Positions 1 through 4,615 of a stretch of 33,001 nucleotides of DNA are shown piece by piece. The notes under the pieces are model-generated. The model had not been told where the DNA came from, did not search any database, and saw nothing but the letters and a program-made list of their open reading frames with translations. Position 1 is the first letter of the stretch, and the number at the start of each line of letters is the position of its first letter. The translations under genes and the position numbers were made by a program. Source of the DNA: a virus. Taxonomy: Duplodnaviria > Caudoviricetes. Location of the stretch: IMG/VR virus record IMGVR_UViG_3300032229_000638, positions 1 through 33,001 of that record; one strand, given 5' to 3'.

Positions 1-2
1 AC

Positions 3-30
3 TTGACAAGTCTGTGTTCTCGACTAGATT
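3..30 (+). promoter_or_regulatory. sigma70-type promoter (TTGACA-16 bp-TAGATT)
   Basis: Perfect -35 TTGACA at 3-8 and -10-like TAGATT at 25-30, upstream of ORF 76..264. Confidence 0.6.
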
Positions 31-75
31 ATACATGTATCGAGATCTCGATACACATACACACATCTAGACGCC

Positions 76-264
76 ATGGAAACCGCATTCGTCACTCCCA
101 AAAGCCGTAAGGCGCACAATCGCTTTGCAAACCTGATGGATCATGATGACATGTGCATCATTGAGCAACATGCAGGCACACGTGTATTCCTAACATCATC
201 TAACGGTCGGAATCACTTCTGGGTTGATACAATTAGTGATCCAGACTGGGACATCGACTTCTAG
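76..264 (+). CDS. Small hypothetical phage protein (62 aa)
   Basis: ATG start, promoter upstream, terminator downstream; V-x-P-K-S-x-K-A-x-N-R-F-x-N-x-M...FWV...D-x-D-W pattern reminiscent of small cyanophage proteins. Confidence 0.8.
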   Translation: METAFVTPKSRKAHNRFANLMDHDDMCIIEQHAGTRVFLTSSNGRNHFWVDTISDPDWDIDF

Positions 265-281
265 GATACCACAAACAAAAC

Positions 282-308
282 AAAAGCGGGATTAATCCCG
301 CTTTTTTT
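282..308. terminator. Bidirectional intrinsic terminator
   Basis: Perfect 24-bp palindrome AAAAGCGGGATTAATCCCGCTTTT (282-305), T-run on the right, A-rich run on the left. Confidence 0.85.
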
Positions 309-333
309 CATATCTTTTTATAATTATTTTTAA

Positions 334-385
334 GCAGGTTCGGTGGCGATGTATTGTCGTCCGCAGGGATACCTCTCCCCTCATT
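334..385. ncRNA. Putative structured non-coding element, copy A
   Basis: Block-conserved with 2388-2438 (GCAGG, GGTGGCGA, CGTC, GGG, ACC, CCCCTCATT), compensatory stem changes, leftward -10 at 397-402. Confidence 0.5.
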
Positions 386-430
386 TGATTTCTTATAAAA
401 TAGCACAAATCCGGTCAGAATCCAGGACCG

Positions 431-491
431 TGTGCCAGTTCTTCTAGTGGCACAAAGCCCCTGGCGGTGGTCGGTTCTGGGGTGCCATCAT
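431..491 (+). promoter_or_regulatory. Early-type promoter: 24-bp palindrome 1 plus -10 (possibly also fires leftward)
   Basis: TGTGCCAGTTCTTCTAGTGGCACA (431-454); TG-c-CATCAT with -10 at 486-491, 31 bp downstream; minus-strand TG-c-TATTTT at 402-397, 28 bp away. Confidence 0.7.
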
Positions 492-534
492 TCCGTCAAC
501 GGCGCACCACCGACGCCGCAACCACCCCAGACCG

Positions 535-1008
535 ATGATCACTGCAACTTTCGACCAACTGGTTTCTGAAGCCATCGCTCGCCAAGTTGAGTCGTTTCTG
601 AGTGCACAAACCAGCGCCTACAATTTGTTCATGAAAGAACAACAACAGGAGCGCGATTATTTCATCGAACAAACCAAGATTGCAACTCCATTTAATCTCT
701 TCATGGTGTTGACTCTCACTGAAACTTTCGGTAAGGAAACTTCTCATGAGATTGTTTCTCTGCTGGATGAATGTCGGCAAATGGGTGATTATCACTATTT
801 TGTTGGTGCATACCAACTGATTGATCGTAACAATGTTGAGCATCGCCAACTGTTGCTCACTGCGAGTAAAGTTTACCGCTACAAATTTGGCAGCGGTAGC
901 AATCAAAACTCTCTGAAGTCTGAGATTAAATATGCTACAATGTGCCCCCATTGTGGTTCTCTCGCTTCTAAGATGGTCGATCGCCTGAAAGCAGAGGGTC
1001 TCTGGTGA
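535..1008 (+). CDS. Hypothetical early protein with C-terminal CPHC motif (157 aa)
   Basis: ORF directly behind palindrome promoter 1 and an ACCACCCC leader; stop codon lies inside palindrome 2. Confidence 0.8.
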   Translation: MITATFDQLVSEAIARQVESFLSAQTSAYNLFMKEQQQERDYFIEQTKIATPFNLFMVLTLTETFGKETSHEIVSLLDECRQMGDYHYFVGAYQLIDRNNVEHRQLLLTASKVYRYKFGSGSNQNSLKSEIKYATMCPHCGSLASKMVDRLKAEGLW

Positions 1009-1064
1009 CAATTTGTTAAGTGTCCACTGTGGGGGTGGCACGTGCCATCCCCATGCCCTATACT
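1004..1064 (+). promoter_or_regulatory. Early-type promoter: palindrome 2 plus -10 TATACT
   Basis: GGTGACAATTTGTTAAGTGTCCAC (1004-1027); TATACT at 1059-1064, 31 bp downstream. Confidence 0.75.
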
Positions 1065-1099
1065 ATGGGAGTCGTCAGGGGATCACCCCACACCACACC

Positions 1100-1843
1100 A
1101 TGCTGAACCTTTCCAACGGCAACGGCAAACTCGCCAACGACACTCTGATCTTTAATCTGCCGGCCGGCAAAACCTGCCCCGGTGCAATGTATTGCAAGTC
1201 TTTTGCTGTCGTTGATGATAACGGCAAGCGTAAGATTCAGGATGGAGAGTATACTGAATTCCGTTGTTTTGCTGCATCGTCTGAAGTACAATATGATGCA
1301 GTTTATAACAACCGTGCTCACAATCTGCAACTGATTGTTGATGCTCTGAAGAATGGATCTGCTGCTGATTTGATTCATGATTCCATCCAACACAATCGGA
1401 CTCGCAAGACTTCTAAAGTTCGCATTCATGAGTCTGGTGACTTCTTTTCTGGCGCTTATCTTGACGCTTGGATTGAAGTTGCAAACCGCAATCCTGATCT
1501 GAAGTTCTACTGCTATTCTAAGAGTTTGCAGTTCTTCTATCTTCTCAAGTTGCCTGCAAACTTCTACATGACCGCATCTTATGGTGGCAAGTTTGATTAT
1601 ATGATCGATGAAGGTTACTTCCCCCGTTATAGCAAAGTCGTCATGAATGAGGAGGATGCTGCTAACTTGGGTCTGGAAGTTGATCATGATGATTCACACT
1701 GTTTCGGTGAAAAACCGTTTGCACTGTTAGTGCACGGGACGCAACCTAAAGGTTCACTCTGGGGTGCGGCAATTCGTATCCGTCGCGCTGCAAACAAGTT
1801 CGGCGGATATAACAAAAAGAACCGCCAGACTGTGACAGTCTGA
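1100..1843 (+). CDS. GP88-family (radical-SAM-like, Cys-rich) protein, 247 aa
   Basis: Motifs FNLPAGKTCPGAMYC, FRCFAA, VRIHESGDFFS, YLDAW, FYCYSK match my recollection of phage GP88-domain proteins. Start moved from 1013 to ATG 1100 because the promoter lies inside the longer ORF. Confidence 0.75.
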   Translation: MLNLSNGNGKLANDTLIFNLPAGKTCPGAMYCKSFAVVDDNGKRKIQDGEYTEFRCFAASSEVQYDAVYNNRAHNLQLIVDALKNGSAADLIHDSIQHNRTRKTSKVRIHESGDFFSGAYLDAWIEVANRNPDLKFYCYSKSLQFFYLLKLPANFYMTASYGGKFDYMIDEGYFPRYSKVVMNEEDAANLGLEVDHDDSHCFGEKPFALLVHGTQPKGSLWGAAIRIRRAANKFGGYNKKNRQTVTV

Positions 1844-1891
1844 TAAGTGGCACAGGGGGGACTTCCATCCCCCCTTCCTGGCCTCTATACT
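1831..1891 (+). promoter_or_regulatory. Early-type promoter: palindrome 3 plus -10 TATACT
   Basis: TGTGACAGTCTGATAAGTGGCACA (1831-1854); TATACT at 1886-1891, 31 bp downstream. Confidence 0.75.
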
Positions 1892-1915
1892 GATCTCAGT
1901 TCACCACACCACCCG

Positions 1916-2176
1916 ATGAACTTCTCTGCTCTCACCCGTGCCGCCGTCCGCGCCACCCTGATTCAGAACGGTCCCCAAACCTGCTCCGCCATTGTGCGCG
2001 GCATGGGATTGGATCCTAAGCGTCACAAGGGCACCATTCACGCTATCATGGTAGACATGGAGCGGGACGGGATCCTAGATGCTACCCGATCCGATAATGG
2101 CAAGCGGGATGAATGGTTCATCCTGCCAGAGGCAATCCGTAAGCGTGACCGCCTGATCGCTGCCCTGATCGGATGA
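1916..2176 (+). CDS. Winged helix-turn-helix DNA-binding protein (FaeA/Z-alpha-like fold), 86 aa
   Basis: Helix-GPQT-helix-GL-helix-xExDGIL-beta wing ending in W; start moved to ATG 1916 behind the promoter and a CACCACACCAC leader. Confidence 0.7.
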   Translation: MNFSALTRAAVRATLIQNGPQTCSAIVRGMGLDPKRHKGTIHAIMVDMERDGILDATRSDNGKRDEWFILPEAIRKRDRLIAALIG

Positions 2177-2183
2177 TACAATC

Positions 2184-2212
2184 GGGGGGAGCATTCTCCC
2201 CCCTTTCTTTTT
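2184..2212 (+). terminator. Intrinsic terminator
   Basis: GGGGGGAG-CATT-CTCCCCCC followed by TTTCTTTTT. Confidence 0.85.
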
Positions 2213-2385
2213 AATCTAGTCTAGATTAATCTCGACTAGATTATTCGCATCATTCACACATTCATTCTATCAATCTAGTCTAGATCACACACATATCATA
2301 TAATCTAGTCTAGATCATATTATAATATCATATATTCATATTATCATATAACACTAGTGTTATATCATCTAGTTCATATAATTAC
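2213..2385. repeat. AT-rich tract with repeated CTAG palindromes
   Basis: AATCTAGTCTAGAT at 2213, 2272 and 2302; variant AATCTCGACTAGATT at 2228; perfect palindrome ATATAACACTAGTGTTATAT at 2346-2365. Confidence 0.8.
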
Positions 2386-2387
2386 GC

Positions 2388-2438
2388 GCAGGGTGGGTGG
2401 CGACCGTTTGCGTCAACGGGGCGACCCTGCCCCTCATT
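2388..2438. ncRNA. Putative structured non-coding element, copy B
   Basis: Homologous to 334-385; lies just downstream of the leftward promoter (TATAAT at 2457-2452). Confidence 0.5.
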
Positions 2439-2451
2439 CGCTTGTGTCCGT

Positions 2452-2511
2452 ATTATACGCATTGGAAATCCTGCAAAACCCGCATTGGTGGACAGTTTGC
2501 AAACTGGCACA
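2452..2511 (-). promoter_or_regulatory. Inverted early-type promoter: palindrome 4 plus -10 TATAAT
   Basis: Minus strand TGTGCCAGTTTGCAAACTGTCCAC (2511-2488) and consensus TATAAT 30 bp downstream (2457-2452). Confidence 0.7.
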
Positions 2512-2612
2512 AGACCGAATCGAACGCATCTGCCATCCTAGCACGTCCCCCGTCCCCTGCACAATCCCCCCTGCCCATAAGATTCCCTGATCGTTTCTTA
2601 AGATTTTCTTCC

Positions 2613-2670
2613 TGGCATTTGGCGCCGGTGTGCGCCACACTTGCCGCAGGTTCGATCCCTGCCATGCCTG
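2613..2670 (+). other. tRNA-like element (T-arm plus partial acceptor stem, only one further hairpin)
   Basis: GCAGG-TTCGATC-CCTGC at 2646-2662; GGCAT (2614-2618) pairs with ATGCC (2664-2668); GGCGC-CGGTGT-GCGCC hairpin at 2621-2636; too short for a canonical tRNA. Confidence 0.35.
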
Positions 2671-2773
2671 CCCTGCTGCTGATGCCCGATCCCGTCGCAT
2701 CTGAGAATCAATCCGAATGTGAAGCAAACCTAAAGGGTCGCCTGCCCGATTCTCATGAGATCGCCACTGAGAC

Positions 2774-2832
2774 TGTGCCAGTTTCTGAACTGTCCATTCA
2801 GACACGCTGGCGGGGTCGATCCCTGGCAGACT
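2774..2832 (+). promoter_or_regulatory. Early-type promoter: palindrome 5 plus extended -10
   Basis: TGTGCCAGTTTCTGAACTGTCCAT (2774-2797); TG-g-CAGACT with -10 at 2827-2832, 29 bp downstream. Confidence 0.65.
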
Positions 2833-2885
2833 GAGCACAGCGAAGGGGAGAGATCCCTGACGCAATCCAAACCACACCTAAGATC

Positions 2886-3182
2886 ATGACCGTCACCTAT
2901 CACGTTCCGACCGCAGATCAGTTCCGTCTGTTGAGCGTTGCGGTTGATTCCAGTGCTATAGCCCGTCTGGCAATTGTGCTGGATAATGATAACATCCCCC
3001 ATCTGTTGGTGATGTTTAACAGCAACCCAGATAAAGTTTACCGTTATATTTTTGAGGATGAGGGTGCTGCTCATCGTTGGCACGAATTGCTGAACGATGA
3101 TGATGCAAAGGCAGCAACATCATGGGGGTATGAGTTTAATCGTGCACTGAAGCATGGTGACATCGAAACGATCGACGTTTGA
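2886..3182 (+). CDS. KTSC-like domain protein (98 aa)
   Basis: SSAI...L-x-V-x-F...Y-x-Y...S-x-G-x-x-FN pattern typical of KTSC domains; ACCACACC leader. Confidence 0.6.
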   Translation: MTVTYHVPTADQFRLLSVAVDSSAIARLAIVLDNDNIPHLLVMFNSNPDKVYRYIFEDEGAAHRWHELLNDDDAKAATSWGYEFNRALKHGDIETIDV

Positions 3183-3189
3183 TCACATC

Positions 3190-3217
3190 GGGGGGACAAT
3201 TCTCCCCCCCATTCTTT
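3190..3217 (+). terminator. G/C-run hairpin (weak terminator or processing/stabilising stem)
   Basis: GGGGGGA-CAATTC-TCCCCCC followed by an interrupted T tract. Confidence 0.5.
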
Positions 3218-3241
3218 CCACAAACCACACCTAATCTGATC

Positions 3242-3379
3242 ATGCTCGGCTTTACAATCCGTTTCCAATCTCCCTACAATTCTTGTGAATGGAGAACGCA
3301 AACGTTTCCTACACTTGATGAGGCAGAACGTATGGTTGCGTTCTATCTTACTTGTGGTGTTCGTGCACATTTAATCTGA
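3242..3379 (+). CDS. Small hypothetical protein (45 aa, MLGFTIRFQSPY...)
   Basis: Start reassigned from 3179 to ATG 3242, which carries the ACCACACC...TGATC-ATG leader. Confidence 0.7.
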   Translation: MLGFTIRFQSPYNSCEWRTQTFPTLDEAERMVAFYLTCGVRAHLI

Positions 3380-3415
3380 TACCAATTCTTTACACTCTCA
3401 AACCACACTTTGATC

Positions 3416-3583
3416 ATGGAAATGTATCTCACCCCTGATGAGATTCTGCAACTGGTGACAACCGGTGTTTGCACTCTCACTGATGATCTGATGATCAGAT
3501 TAACGCCTAATGTATCAGAATCTTATGAGGATTCTGATTGGTACAATGATCCAAACAATGTGATGAGTAAATATCACTATTGA
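3416..3583 (+). CDS. Small acidic hypothetical protein (55 aa, ends WYNDPNNVMSKYHY)
   Basis: Translated by hand (below the ORF-track cutoff); ACCACACT-TTGATC-ATG leader. Confidence 0.7.
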   Translation: MEMYLTPDEILQLVTTGVCTLTDDLMIRLTPNVSESYEDSDWYNDPNNVMSKYHY

Positions 3584-3588
3584 TGATC

Positions 3589-3726
3589 ATGAAACGTTAC
3601 TTTTCTCTGCTCATTGTGATGTTATCATTGTGGGCAACACTTCTCTCTCACATTGTCATTCAAGCGGAGCAGAATCTAAAACAGTATGATGCTCAGTTTG
3701 CAAAGATGGCCCGTGGTATAAAGTAA
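3589..3726 (+). CDS. Small membrane or secreted protein (45 aa)
   Basis: Translated by hand: MKRYFSLLIVMLSLWATLLSHIVIQAEQ...; basic N-terminus plus hydrophobic stretch; in-frame alternative ATG at 3583 overlaps the previous stop. Confidence 0.6.
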   Translation: MKRYFSLLIVMLSLWATLLSHIVIQAEQNLKQYDAQFAKMARGIK

Positions 3727-3731
3727 CTGAT

Positions 3732-3828
3732 GCACAGTTAGTTACACTTTACTGGGGGATCATAGGGTCGTGGTGTGGTGCCTTACTCTCTACAGATCCC
3801 CCTCTAAAGTGTAACTAACTCACTGTGC
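3732..3828 (+). ncRNA. Long hairpin, candidate antisense/regulatory RNA
   Basis: Perfect 15-bp arms AGTTAGTTACACTTT (3736-3750) / AAAGTGTAACTAACT (3806-3820); 8-bp GGGGGATC/GATCCCCC; apical GTGGTGTGGTG (3770-3780) complementary to the early-gene leaders. Confidence 0.5.
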
Positions 3829-3883
3829 CAGTCACCGGACTGTCCACCGGCCCCCTGGCATCCCGGCAATGATGCCCTATGAT
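3824..3883 (+). promoter_or_regulatory. Early-type promoter: palindrome 6, CTGGCA-17 bp-TATGAT
   Basis: TGTGCCAGTCACCGGACTGTCCAC (3824-3847); -35-like at 3855-3860; -10 at 3878-3883, 30 bp downstream. Confidence 0.75.
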
Positions 3884-3937
3884 ATGAACAAGCGGGGGGG
3901 AGAGATCCTCACCGCCAAACCACACCCGAGACCCATC

Positions 3938-4195
3938 ATGCTCACCGCTGAAACGTGTTTCAAGTCCCCTGAGTTCATCACATTTTGTGAGGAAGTAGAG
4001 CGTGAATGTGAGAAAGTATTTTCCAACAATTATGCTTCACCTTCCTACTGTTTTGATGATGGTTGGCAACTCGAATTGATTCTGGAATTGTATAACAATG
4101 GTTGTCCGATTCCTGATGCTGTGAATGAAATGTGTGAGGGTATTGAATCTGAGGCAATTGATGCCTATTTGTCTACTCCACCCTGGGATCGCTGA
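3938..4195 (+). CDS. Acidic hypothetical early protein (85 aa)
   Basis: Start reassigned from 3869 (inside the promoter) to ATG 3938 after the ACCACACC leader; very Glu/Asp-rich. Confidence 0.75.
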   Translation: MLTAETCFKSPEFITFCEEVERECEKVFSNNYASPSYCFDDGWQLELILELYNNGCPIPDAVNEMCEGIESEAIDAYLSTPPWDR

Positions 4196-4204
4196 TTCAC
4201 ATTT

Positions 4205-4232
4205 AGGGGGAGACAATCCTCCCCCTTTCTTC
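4205..4232 (+). terminator. G/C-run hairpin (weak terminator or processing/stabilising stem)
   Basis: AGGGGGAG-ACAATC-CTCCCCCT followed by TTCTTC. Confidence 0.55.
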
Positions 4233-4258
4233 ACTCTAACCACACCGCAATTCTGATC

Positions 4259-4573
4259 ATGACAACCGCAACCCTGAACGGCAATCCTACAATCAAGTGG
4301 GAGTATTCTGGTCTGGAAGATACAGTTAAGGTGCTGATGATGATCAACCGCAATGGTCACCAGAACGCCGAAACAATGGCATCCTACATTAGAACAATCG
4401 CCTACAATTATGCTTGCAAGTGTGAATGTTATGGTGAGCGTCCTTCGATGACAGGAACTGGCGGCTGGTACGTTACACTTATCGCAGATGAATCGGAGGA
4501 TTATGATTATGTTGCTGAGGTCACTCTGATGCCTTATGTTGTTGCAAAGCACCTAGGATTAAGGGAGGTTTGA
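4259..4573 (+). CDS. Hypothetical early protein (104 aa)
   Basis: ORF with ACCACACC...TGATC-ATG leader. Confidence 0.8.
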   Translation: MTTATLNGNPTIKWEYSGLEDTVKVLMMINRNGHQNAETMASYIRTIAYNYACKCECYGERPSMTGTGGWYVTLIADESEDYDYVAEVTLMPYVVAKHLGLREV

Positions 4574-4580
4574 TATACTT

Positions 4581-4615
4581 TAGGGGCGGCAGTTGTTTAT
4601 ACTCTGCCGCCCTTA
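4581..4615 (+). terminator. GC-rich hairpin closing the early region
   Basis: GGGCGGCAG (4584-4592) / CTGCCGCCC (4604-4612); poor U tail. Confidence 0.5.

Noticed and set aside
1916-2176. A true Z-alpha (Z-DNA/Z-RNA binding) domain
   Set aside because: Lacks the conserved Asn/Tyr in helix 3 and the Pro-Pro before the wing Trp
307-2437. Minus-strand MRG- peptides starting in the duplicated element (25 aa and 22 aa)
   Set aside because: A 1-nt indel shifts the frame while nucleotide blocks stay conserved, so the constraint is on nucleic acid rather than peptide
2613-2670. A functional canonical tRNA gene
   Set aside because: Only ~58 nt, one arm missing, acceptor stem 5 of 7 paired, no 7-nt anticodon loop; kept only as tRNA-like
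2357-2877. Overlapping ORFs 2357..2590, 2397..2834, 2434..2877 and 2453..2665
   Set aside because: They run through promoter palindromes and structured elements, lack the ACCACACC leader, and look like Pro/Ala/Arg-rich chance ORFs in GC-rich DNA
431-3847. The 24-bp palindromes as a CRISPR array or integron attC sites
   Set aside because: Spacing is 260-1030 bp and filled by genes, copies are degenerate and in both orientations, no cas or integrase gene is present, and the fixed distance to -10 boxes indicates promoters
496-4552. Minus-strand ORFs 496..1041, 1058..1687, 2730..3083, 3071..3370 and 4037..4552
   Set aside because: Antisense shadows of + strand genes that have promoters and leaders; no recognisable motifs
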